64,000 nucleotides of DNA, from contig CAWGYD010000006.1 in NCBI GenBank assembly GCA_963826785.1, positions 640,001 through 704,000 of the forward strand. Reading direction: 5' to 3'. The notes under the pieces are model-generated. The model was not told the DNA's origin. It saw nothing but the letters and a program-made list of their open reading frames with translations, and did not search any database. The position numbers were made by a program, and so were the translations under genes. Below are positions 51,033 to 61,314 of this stretch, in pieces (the first letter of the stretch is position 1; every line of letters begins with the position of its first letter). Source of the stretch: an uncultured delta proteobacterium (GTDB taxonomy: Bacteria; Desulfobacterota; Desulfobacteria; Desulfobacterales; Desulfosalsimonadaceae).

Positions 51033-53261
51033 ATGCAGGTGGATTTAACCGGTCAGATCGACCGCATCACCTATTCGAACCCGGAAAACGGCTACACCAT
51101 CGCCCGGCTGAAGGTCCGGGGCGAAAAGCGGGTGGTCACGGTGGTGGGCAGCCTGATGGAGCCGATGCCCGGTGAAATCCTGGAGATGAAGGGCCGCTGG
51201 AAAATTCATCCCTCCTACGGCGAGCAGTTCGAAGTGGAGGAATATCGCACCACTGTTCCCTCCAGCATCTTCGGGATCAAAAAATACCTGGGTTCCGGAC
51301 TCATCAAGGGAATCGGGCCGAAAATGGCCGAGCGCATCGTGGACGTGTTCGGCAAAAAAACCCTGCACATCATCGAGCACCACATCCATAAGCTCGCCGA
51401 GATCGAGGGGATCGGCGAAAAGCGGATACAGATGATCCGGGCCGCCTGGGGCGAGCAGAAGGAAATCCGGCAGGTGATGGTATTCCTGCAGACCCACCAG
51501 GTCAGCTGCGGATATGCCGTCAAGATTTTCAAGCAATACGGAGACCGCTCCATCGAGGTGGTGACCGGCAATCCCTATCAGCTGGCCACGGACATCTTCG
51601 GCATCGGGTTTTTGACCGCCGACAAGATCGCCGCCAATCTCGGCTTCGCCAAGGACTCCCCCCTGCGCATCCAGGCCGGCATCCTCTATGTCTTAAATGC
51701 CCTTTCCGATGACGGCCATGTCTGTTACCCCTACCTGCCCCTGATCGGAAAATGCGGTGAAATCCTGGAGGTGGCCGATACCCTGGTGGCCGATGCCCTG
51801 GCCCGTGCCGCCGGGGATCGGCAGATCGTCATCGAGCAGCACGAGGCGCTTGCCGAATCCGACGGGAACCGGATCATGGTCTACCTGGCCCGCCATCATG
51901 TGTGCGAAAACGGAATCGCCTGGATGATCCGGCGGCTGCTGTCGGTCCCCCGGTCGATCCGCAGGATCGATGCGCCCCGGGCCGTGACGTGGGTGCAGGG
52001 CGAGTTGTCCTTCACCCTGGCCGAAAAGCAGGAAGAAGCCATCTCCCTGGCCACGGAACAAAAGGTGATGGTCATCACCGGCGGCCCCGGCACCGGAAAA
52101 ACCACCATCATCCGGGCGGTGCTGAAAATTTTCAGCCGGCTGGGCGCAGCCATCGCGCTTGCCGCCCCCACGGGCCGGGCCGCCAAACAGATGAGCGAAG
52201 CCACCGGCCATGCCGCTTCCACCATTCACCGGCTGCTTTCCTACAACCCCCACAGCGGCGGGTTCCAGAAAAACGACCGGGACCTTCTGGAATGCAGCCT
52301 GCTCATCGTAGATGAAGCCTCCATGATCGACACGGTTTTGATGTACCACCTGCTCAAGGCCGTTCCGGCATCGGCCATCCTGATCCTGGTGGGGGACGTG
52401 AACCAGCTTCCTTCGGTGGGGGCGGGCAACGTGCTAAACGATATCATCGCCTCGGGCATCGTGCCCGTGGTCCGCTTGAATGAAATCTTCCGCCAGGCAA
52501 AGCAGAGCCGGATCATCGTCAACGCTCACCGGATCAACAACGGCTACATGCCGGAAATCGAAGCCGACAACCCCACCACGGATTTTTATTTTATCGAAGC
52601 CGAGGAACCCGAGCGGGTGCTGGACATCATCCTGGAGCTTGCCCACACCCGGATTCCGAAAAAATTTGGGCTGGACGGGACCTGCGATATCCAGGTCCTT
52701 TCCCCCATGCACCGGGGAACCGTGGGCGCCGTCAATTTAAACGCCTGCCTCCAGAAGCGGCTCAACCCCTCCGGTGACGGGATCACCTACGGCGGAGCCA
52801 CCTTCCACATCGGCGACAAGGTGATGCAGATCCGCAACAATTATGATAAGAACGTGTTCAACGGCGACATGGGGCGGGTGAGCGCCATCAACCGGGAGAT
52901 CCGGGAACTCCTGGTCGATTTTGACGGCCGGTCCGTTCCCTATGATTTTTCGGAGCTGGATGAAATTGTGCTCGCCTATGCCGTATCCGTGCACAAGTCC
53001 CAGGGATCGGAATACCCGGCGGTGGTCATGCCGGTGCACACCCAGCATTACCTGCTGCTGCAGCGCAACCTGATCTACACGGCGGTGACCCGGGGCCGAA
53101 AGCTGGTGATGCTGGTGGGAACCCGAAAGGCCCTGTACATCGGCATCAAGAACGACAAGACCCAGAAGCGATTCACCCGCTTGAAGCATCGGCTGAAAGG
53201 GGACGCATTCCTGAAAAATCCGGACGGCATCTCAAACTCATCACAGGAGGCGGCGTTATGA
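51033..53261 (+). CDS. recD2: ATP-dependent RecD-like helicase RecD2
   Basis: YLGSGLIKGIGP, ITGGPGTGKTT, APTGRAA, VDEASM, GDVNQLPSVG, HKSQGSEY, YTAVTRG; start ATG 51033. Confidence 0.93.
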   Translation: MQVDLTGQIDRITYSNPENGYTIARLKVRGEKRVVTVVGSLMEPMPGEILEMKGRWKIHPSYGEQFEVEEYRTTVPSSIFGIKKYLGSGLIKGIGPKMAERIVDVFGKKTLHIIEHHIHKLAEIEGIGEKRIQMIRAAWGEQKEIRQVMVFLQTHQVSCGYAVKIFKQYGDRSIEVVTGNPYQLATDIFGIGFLTADKIAANLGFAKDSPLRIQAGILYVLNALSDDGHVCYPYLPLIGKCGEILEVADTLVADALARAAGDRQIVIEQHEALAESDGNRIMVYLARHHVCENGIAWMIRRLLSVPRSIRRIDAPRAVTWVQGELSFTLAEKQEEAISLATEQKVMVITGGPGTGKTTIIRAVLKIFSRLGAAIALAAPTGRAAKQMSEATGHAASTIHRLLSYNPHSGGFQKNDRDLLECSLLIVDEASMIDTVLMYHLLKAVPASAILILVGDVNQLPSVGAGNVLNDIIASGIVPVVRLNEIFRQAKQSRIIVNAHRINNGYMPEIEADNPTTDFYFIEAEEPERVLDIILELAHTRIPKKFGLDGTCDIQVLSPMHRGTVGAVNLNACLQKRLNPSGDGITYGGATFHIGDKVMQIRNNYDKNVFNGDMGRVSAINREIRELLVDFDGRSVPYDFSELDEIVLAYAVSVHKSQGSEYPAVVMPVHTQHYLLLQRNLIYTAVTRGRKLVMLVGTRKALYIGIKNDKTQKRFTRLKHRLKGDAFLKNPDGISNSSQEAAL

Positions 53262-54619
53262 AAATCATCATAGTGGGAGCGGGGCAGGTGGGGTTTCACA
53301 TCGCCAGCCGCCTGGCCTACGAGAATAAGGACGTGGTGGTCATCGACAAGAATCCCGAGTCCGTGAGCCATGTGGCGGAAAACATCGATGTGGAGGCCAT
53401 CGTCGGCTCGGGCTCCAGTCCCGTGGTCCTGGAAGAAGCCGGCCTGAAGGACGCCGATATTCTGCTGGCCGTCACCGACAGCGATGAAACCAACCTGGTG
53501 GCCTGCCTGATGGCGGACATTATTTCTCCCACCACCAAGAAACTGGCCCGCATCCGGCAGAAGGGGTACGATAATTTCCATCAGTTCCTTCAGGAGTCCG
53601 CTCCCCATATCGATACCATCATCAACCCGGAAATCGAGGTGGTCAAGACCATCGAGCAGTTCATGAGTGTTCCCGGGGCAGTGGACGTGGGGGAATTCGC
53701 CAACGGCCGGCTCAAGTTCGTGGGCCTTTATCTGGGCAAGGAAGCGCGTCTGGCCGGCATCCGTCTGTCCGAGCTGCCTGAAAAACTGGGGGAGCGTGCC
53801 CTGATTGCGGCCGTGATGAGGGAAGAGGAGCTGATCATTCCCCGGGGGGATGACCGCCTGTATCCCGGCGACCTGGTCTATTTCATCAGCGAGGAGAAGG
53901 GCCTTCCCTCTATATTGAAGGGGTTTGACAAGGAAATTCAGCCCATCCGGCGGGCGCTCATCGTTGGCGGCGGGCGGATCGGCCACCGGCTGGCCAAATC
54001 CCTGGAAAACCGCTCCATTTACACCAAGCTGATCGAAAAATCGCCTTCGCGTTCCGCGGACCTGGCCGAGCAGCTCAACAAGGTGGTGATCATCCAGGGG
54101 GACGGTTCGGACCAGAGCCTGCTTCAGGAGGAGAACATCCAGGAAATGGACGTGGTGATCACGCTGACCAATGATGAGGAGACCAACATCCTGGTGTCTT
54201 TGCTGGCCAAGCGGATGGGGGCGCGCAAAACCATCACCAAACTCAACAAGTTCGGTTACTTTTCCCTGATGGCCACTATCGGCCTGGAGCAGGTGGTCAG
54301 CACCCGGTTGTCGGCCATCAACACCATCCTGCAGCATATCCGGCGGGGCAAAGTGCTCTCCGCCCGGACCCTGACGGATGAACAGGCGGAAGTCTGGGAA
54401 GCCGTTGCCATGGAGACATCTGATATCGTGGGAAAACCACTGCACAAAACCGGCATTCCCAATGGCGCCCTGGTCATCGGTATCATCCGGGGGGATCAGA
54501 TCGAAATCCCCTCCGGTGAAAGCGTCATCGAACCTAATGACCGGGTGATCATCTTCGCCAAGCGCCAGGTGATCCCCAAAATCGAAAAAATTCTGGCCGT
54601 GAAGCTGGAGTTCTTTTAA
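53258..54619 (+). CDS. trkA: Trk potassium uptake NAD-binding subunit
   Basis: Two RCK domains: IIVGAGQVG and IVGGGRIG. Confidence 0.94.
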   Translation: MKIIIVGAGQVGFHIASRLAYENKDVVVIDKNPESVSHVAENIDVEAIVGSGSSPVVLEEAGLKDADILLAVTDSDETNLVACLMADIISPTTKKLARIRQKGYDNFHQFLQESAPHIDTIINPEIEVVKTIEQFMSVPGAVDVGEFANGRLKFVGLYLGKEARLAGIRLSELPEKLGERALIAAVMREEELIIPRGDDRLYPGDLVYFISEEKGLPSILKGFDKEIQPIRRALIVGGGRIGHRLAKSLENRSIYTKLIEKSPSRSADLAEQLNKVVIIQGDGSDQSLLQEENIQEMDVVITLTNDEETNILVSLLAKRMGARKTITKLNKFGYFSLMATIGLEQVVSTRLSAINTILQHIRRGKVLSARTLTDEQAEVWEAVAMETSDIVGKPLHKTGIPNGALVIGIIRGDQIEIPSGESVIEPNDRVIIFAKRQVIPKIEKILAVKLEFF

Positions 54620-56068
54620 GTGCGCTGGCGCTATGTCTTCTACCTGGTGGGGATACTGGTCTTCTCCCTGGGGCTGCTCATGTCCCTTCCATTGGCCTTC
54701 GGGGTCTATTACCGCAATGGGGGGCTTTTTTCGCTGATCAATTCCATGGGGATCACCACGGCGGCCGGTGCACTGCTCGTCATTTTTTTCAGGGGCCCCA
54801 AAACCGAATACATCAGCCAGCGTGAAGGCATGGCCATCGTGGCCATCGGGTGGGCCGCGGTGGGGCTGTTTGCGGCGCTGCCGTTTTATTTTTCCGGCTA
54901 TTTTTCCTCTTTTGTGGATGCGTTTTTCGAGTCCGTGTCCGGGTTTTCCACCACCGGGGCCTCGGTTCTCGTGCTCATCGAAGGGCTGCCCGAAAGCATC
55001 CTGTTCTGGCGAAGCTTCATCCAGTGGCTGGGGGGGATGGGAATTATCGTCCTGTCCGTTGCCATACTGCCATTTCTGGGGGTGGGCGGGATGCAGCTGT
55101 ACAAGGCCGAGGTGCCCAGCCCGGTCCCGGACAAGCTGAAGCCCCGCATCCGGGATACGGCCATGATCCTGTGGAAGGTATACGCCCTGATCTCTCTGGC
55201 CCAGGTGCTGATGCTCCTGATCGGGGGGTTGAGTTTCTATGATGCCCTGTGCCACACCTTCACCACCATGCCCACCGGCGGATTTTCCACCAAGAACCTG
55301 TCCATCGCCCATTTCGACAGCCTGTATATCGATATCGTGTTCATGGCGTTCATGGTCATGGCCGGGATCAATTTTTCACTGCACTACCAGATGTTCAAGG
55401 GAAAACCGCTGGCCTTCTGGCGCGATTCGGAATGCCGCTTCTTTTTGTCCCTGGTCCTGATCTTTTCCCTCATGGTCAGCTTCGACGTATACGACAGCAT
55501 CTATGAAAGTGTTGCCCTGTCCTTGCGGCACGGGTTTTTTCAGGTAATCTCCATCATCACCACCACCGGATTTGCCACGGCCGATTTTCATTCGTGGCCG
55601 GCCATGTCCAAGCTGATCCTGCTGACCTGCATGTTTGTGGGCGCCTCCGCCGGTTCTACGGGGGGCGGCATGAAATGCATCCGGATCATGTGCTGCTTTA
55701 AATACTGCTATAAGGAACTGTTCAACCTGCTGCACCCCCATGCCGTCTCCCATGTCAAGATCGGCGGCAAGACCATATCCGATGATGTCATCCGGGGTAT
55801 ACTGGGATTTATGTTCCTGTACCTGGGGATTTTTGTCATTTGCGCGGTGCTGCTGGCCGGAATGGGGGTCGATTTTGTCACCTCGTTTTCAGCCGTCGCC
55901 GCCTCCATCGGCAACATCGGCCCCGGCCTGGGCATGGTGGGACCCCTTGGCAACTATTCGGAAATCCCGTCTGCGGGCAAATGGCTGCTCATCTGGTGCA
56001 TGCTCCTGGGCCGCCTGGAAATTTATACGGTCATCATCTTTATGGTACCGGAATTTTGGCGCAAATGA
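54620..56068 (+). CDS. trkH: Trk potassium uptake membrane subunit
   Basis: FESVSGFSTTG, QWLGGMGI, TGGFS, GSTGGG, GNIGPG, MLLGRLE. Confidence 0.94.
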   Translation: MRWRYVFYLVGILVFSLGLLMSLPLAFGVYYRNGGLFSLINSMGITTAAGALLVIFFRGPKTEYISQREGMAIVAIGWAAVGLFAALPFYFSGYFSSFVDAFFESVSGFSTTGASVLVLIEGLPESILFWRSFIQWLGGMGIIVLSVAILPFLGVGGMQLYKAEVPSPVPDKLKPRIRDTAMILWKVYALISLAQVLMLLIGGLSFYDALCHTFTTMPTGGFSTKNLSIAHFDSLYIDIVFMAFMVMAGINFSLHYQMFKGKPLAFWRDSECRFFLSLVLIFSLMVSFDVYDSIYESVALSLRHGFFQVISIITTTGFATADFHSWPAMSKLILLTCMFVGASAGSTGGGMKCIRIMCCFKYCYKELFNLLHPHAVSHVKIGGKTISDDVIRGILGFMFLYLGIFVICAVLLAGMGVDFVTSFSAVAASIGNIGPGLGMVGPLGNYSEIPSAGKWLLIWCMLLGRLEIYTVIIFMVPEFWRK

Positions 56069-56145
56069 TGAATCGGGGGAGCAAAACAAGACGCCCGATC
56101 CGGTAATTTATTTGAAAAAAAAACCATGGTGCCATATATTTTCTG

Positions 56146-56174
56146 TTGACACCCAAGAGAGAACCCGGTACAAA
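56146..56174 (+). promoter_or_regulatory. Candidate promoter of tRNA pair
   Basis: TTGACA-N17-TACAAA. Confidence 0.45.
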
Positions 56175-56206
56175 ATCGGCTTTAACGTTGCTGGCATAGT
56201 ATGCTT

Positions 56207-56282
56207 GGGCCGTTAACTCAGGCGGTAGAGTATCTGCCTTTTAAGCAGAGAGTCGCTGGTTCGAGCCCAGCACGGCCCACCA
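56207..56282 (+). tRNA. tRNA-Lys(TTT)
   Basis: GGGCCGT/ACGGCCC acceptor stem, TCTGC-CTTTTAA-GCAGA anticodon arm, GGTTCGAG T loop, CCA end. Confidence 0.96.
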
Positions 56283-56298
56283 ACAAAACAGACCATGC

Positions 56299-56376
56299 GT
56301 CCCCATCGTCTAGCCCGGTCCAGGACACCGGCCTTTCACGCCGGCGACAGGGGTTCGAATCCCCTTGGGGACGCCA
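56299..56376 (+). tRNA. tRNA-Glu(TTC)
   Basis: GTCCCCA/TGGGGAC stem, CCGGC-CTTTCAC-GCCGG anticodon arm, GGTTCGAATCC, CCA end. Confidence 0.96.
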
Positions 56377-56689
56377 ATTATATCAAATGGTTAGCAAGTT
56401 TAACCGATCCTGAAACTGGCTGGAAACGGTTCTGGAAACGGTTTTGTTGCTGGCCATTTTTTTTAGACCGCCCGGGAGCGCTTTTCCAGGTGGCCTTGCA
56501 GGCTGATCACTTCAGCCCCTTTCCCGTTTGGGACTTCCAATACTGCCTCGTTTGCTTCTTTGACCGGCTTTCGCATATCACAAAGCGCCTCCAGGTGAAC
56601 CCGGGTATCCTCCAAGCCCAAGGATTTCAAATATCCCTCAGTGGTGGCTGCGCTTTGGTGACGAAGAATCGCTTGAATGGCACTGACCG

Positions 56690-57219
56690 GTTTCCGATCA
56701 TTGCTGAACCAGCGTCATTAACGCCCAGAAGTCTCCCGTCATTACCGACAACTCCAAATCCAATTCCTGTGTCCCCATATCCGTCGGAATGCCAGGTTCC
56801 TGTTATTAGCCCCTGATTATCAACAACTAATCGACCTTCACCCCGATCATCGCCTTTAAATGTGCAGTCATACGTCCCAACAAATTCTGAAATTTTGTGG
56901 GGTATCTTACTCAGTCTTCTCTCCAGTATAATTATTATAAATGATTTTCAGGTTTGCGTTTCCGTCCACGCCTTCAACTGCACCGGACTGATCAATTTTC
57001 AAATATTCATAATCCCCGTTATTCCAGGCATAATAAATTTCGCCGTTTGCATTGACATTGCCTGAGATATAAATTCCAACCTCATAATTCATTGACCAGG
57101 CCATGCCTTCAAAGAAGCCATTCGCGTAACAATAAACACCCCAAACTCCTTCATCGGTACCGGTATATGTACCGGTGTAAACGCCCTGATAATCTGAGAC
57201 CGCAGCATTGCTTATGTAA
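56690..57219 (-). pseudogene. Fragment of a beta-rich repeat (probably secreted) protein cut by IS1634
   Basis: Two similar units YQGVYTGTYTGTDEGVW...EGMAWS and FVGTYDCTFKGDDRGEG...TGTWHS separated by a stop; no start codon. Confidence 0.5.
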
Positions 57220-58989
57220 CCTGGATTCCCATCACCTCATAACGAGGAAGGCGGAACCACCCCGAGAATGTTGTAAAGTTCCTTTTGTTTCTTGGTGATT
57301 TCGCCCACACGCAAGTCTTTTCCGGGTCTGCCAAAGCACTCGATCACATCAAATTGATCCAGCAAGCCTTGAAGCGTGTACTTGCCAAACAAGTTGTTAA
57401 TCTGCATCGCTTTTTTGATACAGGACAAATATATCAGAGCTACGAATTGCACGAACATCTTCCCATCCAGTGATTGCTCTGACGAAACCAGCAACCTTCG
57501 CATGCTCAGGCGCTCTTTAAGATTACCAAACGCCTTTTCTACCAGATCCTTGTTGCGGTAGACATCAAGGGCCTTGATGGGATCTTTAATTTCATTGCTG
57601 ACAAGCGCGAAGTAACCATAGTTTCTTCTGGCCTCATCTATGGCTTCTTGTCTGGCAATGACCGTAATACCTCTTGCTGGTGTCTCATGGATTTCAAAAT
57701 ATTTATCATAGAGCTTTGAATTTTCGGGCTTCTTTTCGCCAGACTGCAATTCCTTTTGCAGTGCCAGCAACCGCCTCGTTTGTCTTTGTTCGTCTTCGGC
57801 AGCCCGCTCGCCGTTGAAATAAAGGTGGAGGTACATCCTCCGCTCGCCCCGGATGGTATCCCCTTTGTTGGGGCGCTGCTGGAGGTAATCCCATTTTATG
57901 GGAATGCATGTAGCAAATACTTCATGGTTCTCGCAGTAATTTGTCCATTCTCGCAAAGAGTGACGAACGCTATCCAGTTGCTCTTTTACAAACCTTAAAG
58001 AAAGCTTGGCTCCAATGAGAAATTTGTGGTGCTCTTTGTACAATTCATTGATGTTTTCGGCGCTGTAAAATCCCCGATCCATGACCAGATGAACCTTTTT
58101 CAGGTTGAGAAAATCCATATCTGCCAACATATTCCTGACGGTTTTGACATCGGTAACGTTTCCTGGCAGCTTGCGGTAATAAAACGGCAAACCTGATTCC
58201 TGGCCAAATACAAGGGCCAGATTGAGCTGCGCCAGATGATCGTGTTCCTTGTTCATTCCGTACCGGACCTGTTTCAGACACTCTGAGTAACTTGATACAG
58301 AGGTGATGTCGTAGGCCCAATATTCCTTCTCACAGCGCCGTGCTGCCTGGAGCTGGAAGAATCGATAGCGATCCTCTTCTGTGATGGATGCAAAAAGCTC
58401 ACTGCTTCTCTGGGATGGTATATCTTGCATGTGTGGATGTTGATGCAACGAAGACCATTTCGAAAAGCGACTCAGAGGGCTGTCTGCCTCAAGAATCAGA
58501 TAGTAGGCAAGTGAGATGATTTGCTTATAGCTGTGAGGAAAACACTGCTTCAGATCCGAAACAAGTCCAAGCCTATCGCCAAGAACATCAAGCAGGTAGG
58601 TGGCACCGTAAAATTTGCGGGAGGTTTCCGTGACAGGGACCGGGCCTCTCTTGGCAGCCCTCAGGGCGGTAATGCCTTTTTGGGATCTGTTTGTTGCTTT
58701 GGTCGGAATAATCTCTCCGGTGCTGTCATCTACTCGACCAATAAGGGTGCGTTTTGCCCTGGATTGTTTCTTTTCCTTATCCCAATGAGAAATCGATTCG
58801 TAGGCATATGTGATACCGGATCGCTTGTCATGCTGATGCACAATGGCCATAAACCCCCCTTAAACATCGTTATGTTACATTCTCACATAACGATGTTTAA
58901 GGCAAGGGAAAAATACAATTTATGCAAAATATTTGGTTTCTTACGATTGATAACCATGAATTTATCGTTACGATGATCGGGAACTCAGG
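57220..58989 (-). mobile_element. IS1634-family insertion sequence (~1.77 kb)
   Basis: Imperfect terminal IRs CCTGGATTCCC (57220) and reverse complement CCTGAGTTCCC (58989) around the transposase. Confidence 0.85.
57237..58850 (-). CDS. IS1634-family DDE transposase
   Basis: GITYAYES.S.WDKEKKQSR, AYDITSVSSYS, MDRGFYS, YRNKDLVEKAFGNLK. Confidence 0.9.
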   Translation of the reverse strand: MAIVHQHDKRSGITYAYESISHWDKEKKQSRAKRTLIGRVDDSTGEIIPTKATNRSQKGITALRAAKRGPVPVTETSRKFYGATYLLDVLGDRLGLVSDLKQCFPHSYKQIISLAYYLILEADSPLSRFSKWSSLHQHPHMQDIPSQRSSELFASITEEDRYRFFQLQAARRCEKEYWAYDITSVSSYSECLKQVRYGMNKEHDHLAQLNLALVFGQESGLPFYYRKLPGNVTDVKTVRNMLADMDFLNLKKVHLVMDRGFYSAENINELYKEHHKFLIGAKLSLRFVKEQLDSVRHSLREWTNYCENHEVFATCIPIKWDYLQQRPNKGDTIRGERRMYLHLYFNGERAAEDEQRQTRRLLALQKELQSGEKKPENSKLYDKYFEIHETPARGITVIARQEAIDEARRNYGYFALVSNEIKDPIKALDVYRNKDLVEKAFGNLKERLSMRRLLVSSEQSLDGKMFVQFVALIYLSCIKKAMQINNLFGKYTLQGLLDQFDVIECFGRPGKDLRVGEITKKQKELYNILGVVPPSSL

Positions 58990-59783
58990 TTGCAAATGCA
59001 AAGAGCCGGCTTGATGCCGATTTTTTCTCTTCGTTGGCCATGTCCACGAGTGCAAATACTGGTGTTTTGGCATGATCCACATAATTGTCCGACCGTCGCA
59101 GCCGGAGGCGAGATAAATTCCGTGACGGCTTAGTTCCACCATCAGCTATTCCGCGCCTTCTCCTCCAAGTCAAAGAGTGGCCTTGTATAATGCCTTCCTG
59201 TTGGGACGAAAAACAGGGATTTCTGGGAAAAATAATTTTGGCTGATCATTGGTCATAACACGGGAATCAGGAAAATATCTATTTAACAAAGAAATCATGC
59301 CGGACAGAGGGCGATTCCATCATTATTAAAGTGGGCATTTTCGATCCAAATCTGTAAAGATTCGAAAATCTGTACTTCCCCGCGCAGATCATTACACTTA
59401 AAAATATGATTCTTTTTCTTTGCACATGAATTTTAAAATGGAAATTCAAACCGACAGTATTGCTAATTTTTTAAGGAATGCGGCATATCGATAACTTTGC
59501 GTATTCATAAGATGAAATGATGGGCACAATATGTTGTGGCAATGATTTTGCCATAGACCTGGATTGGTAAAAATCAAAAATCCTGCTGATGTGCTCGTTT
59601 TAGACGTGCTGAAATTTTCGGGATTTTGCCAGCTGCATCAACAATCATCCCGTCTCTTCTGCACCACGAACATTGGATCCGGCAATCCTCGACACCTCTA
59701 TATCTATAATCGCCCTGCTGAGCCATAGCCATTCGATATGATTGTTGGACGATAAAAACCATATAAATAGCCATATTTTAATA

Positions 59784-59812
59784 TTGACTTAATCTCATAC
59801 ACCAACTATCTT
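59784..59812 (+). promoter_or_regulatory. Sigma70 promoter of TA operon, probably leaderless
   Basis: TTGACT-N17-TATCTT ending 6 nt before ATG 59819; no SD. Confidence 0.55.
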
Positions 59813-59818
59813 TGAATC

Positions 59819-60112
59819 ATGGTAAAAAGATCCGATTTTGAATGGGATACAGTTAAAGACCAGCTTAATCAGGAGAAGCATGGAGTCTCCTTTGCGTTGG
59901 CGCAGCTTGCGTTTATGGACCATTATCGTGTCATCTTGGAAGATTTGGAACACAGCGGAGATGAAGAACGATATTACTGCCTTGGTAGGGTAGCAGAAGG
60001 AATAATGACCGTGAGATTCACTTACCGGAAAAATAAAATCAGAATCATCGGCGCCGGGTATTGGCGGAAAGGAAAACGAATATATGAAAAAGAAAATAAA
60101 ATACACAGATGA
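59819..60112 (+). CDS. brnT: BrnT family ribonuclease toxin
   Basis: FEWD..K...NQEKHGVSF, HS..EERY..LG, VRFTYR..KIRIIGA. Confidence 0.9.
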   Translation: MVKRSDFEWDTVKDQLNQEKHGVSFALAQLAFMDHYRVILEDLEHSGDEERYYCLGRVAEGIMTVRFTYRKNKIRIIGAGYWRKGKRIYEKENKIHR

Positions 60113-60311
60113 GCCAATGGGAAAGACCAAAGTTATTCCGGATTTTCTTCCTTCACCCGAAGAGCTCGCTTTGAAGGACGAAACCGTTAAGGTCACAATT
60201 GTGCTTAGCAAAACCAGCATTGATTTCTTTAAGAAGGAAGCAAAAAAATATAACACTCAATACCAGAAGATGATTCGCAGGCTTTTGGATGAGTATGCCA
60301 CTCATCAATAG
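60084..60311 (+). CDS. CopG/BrnA-like ribbon-helix-helix antitoxin
   Basis: DFLPSPEEL...TVKVTI.LSK.SIDFFK..A......YQKMIRRLLD; overlaps brnT. Confidence 0.82.
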   Translation: MKKKIKYTDEPMGKTKVIPDFLPSPEELALKDETVKVTIVLSKTSIDFFKKEAKKYNTQYQKMIRRLLDEYATHQ

Positions 60312-60439
60312 TTTGCCATCACTGGTAGCAGTAATTTCGGCCTCCCTTCAAATTTGCACAATTGATTTGCCAAGTTATCCTTTTACCAGTCGGCCACATG
60401 TATGGCCTTGATGCAAATCTCAACAAAAGGAGGTCCGTC

Positions 60440-61275
60440 ATGCTACTTTCACAGGCAGTCAAGAATTTCATGGAGTACCAGAAGCTGAACGCGGGAAAAA
60501 AATACGGTCAAGAATTACGGACTCTTTCTCAGAAAATTTGATTTATATTTCAAAGATCAAGACGTCGGGTCAATCACACCAGATCAGATTTTTGAATTCT
60601 TGACCCAGGATACGCCAGGCCAGAAACAATCCACCAAGCGTTTCAAGTACACCCTTCTGAAAACCCTTTTCAATTTCATCAAGAATACCAGCGATCCCTC
60701 TTTTCTAAATCCCTGTGAATCATCGGTTTTGGGAAAGGCTTTTCGCGTCGCCAAAGGCCGCCAATGGGTCATCCTGGAAAAAGATGTGGTTGATGAAATC
60801 ATTTTCAGGACCGACAATCCAAGAAACCGGTTAATGCTCGAACTGATGGCCAGGGGCGGCATGCGGATTGGGGAGGTTTTGAAACTGAGGTCGATGGATG
60901 TCGACGGCTGCAAATTGTTTCTGATCAGCCCCAAGAGCGGCCGGCAGAATGAGGTGGTTTTCATCCCCAAAAAGGTTGCGGACCGGCTTAGGGAATATGT
61001 CCGGTCCAAAAAGGTTGCTGGAGGAAAGGGTTTTCCCGATGGGGTACACTGGCGCCCGACAAATCGTGAAGAAAGCGGGTAGACTGGTCGGAATCGAAAT
61101 GAGCCCTCATGATCTCCGGAGGCATGCGGCAACCTATGCAAGCCGGGCCGGCGCACCAATTGAAATCGTCAGCAAGGTCATTCTGCGGCATGCCAACCTG
61201 TCCACCACACAAAGATATTTGGGAAAAGTGAGCGATACCGAGGCAATTCGCTGGATCGACAACATCTTTAATTAA
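60440..61275 (+). CDS. Tyrosine recombinase/integrase split by two +1 shifts (A7 run 60496-60502; ~61015)
   Basis: RBS AAGGAGG; SAM-like N-terminus; GMRIGE (R), PKSG (K), HDLRRH, LRHANLSTTQRY. Confidence 0.85.
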
Positions 61276-61280
61276 AATGA

Positions 61281-61314
61281 AAACCGGGGCATTTCTGAGG
61301 ATCTGCCCCGGTTT
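61281..61314 (+). terminator. Hairpin after integrase
   Basis: AAACCGGGGCA...TGCCCCGGTTT. Confidence 0.6.

Noticed and set aside
53075..55312. 745-aa minus-strand ORF
   Set aside because: Antisense shadow of recD2/trkA/trkH in GC-rich DNA; no motifs
56201..56816. ORFs 56201..56413 and 56295..56816
   Set aside because: Overlap the tRNA genes; spurious
58985..59774. Short ORFs right of IS1634
   Set aside because: No RBS or motif support; AT-rich decayed sequence
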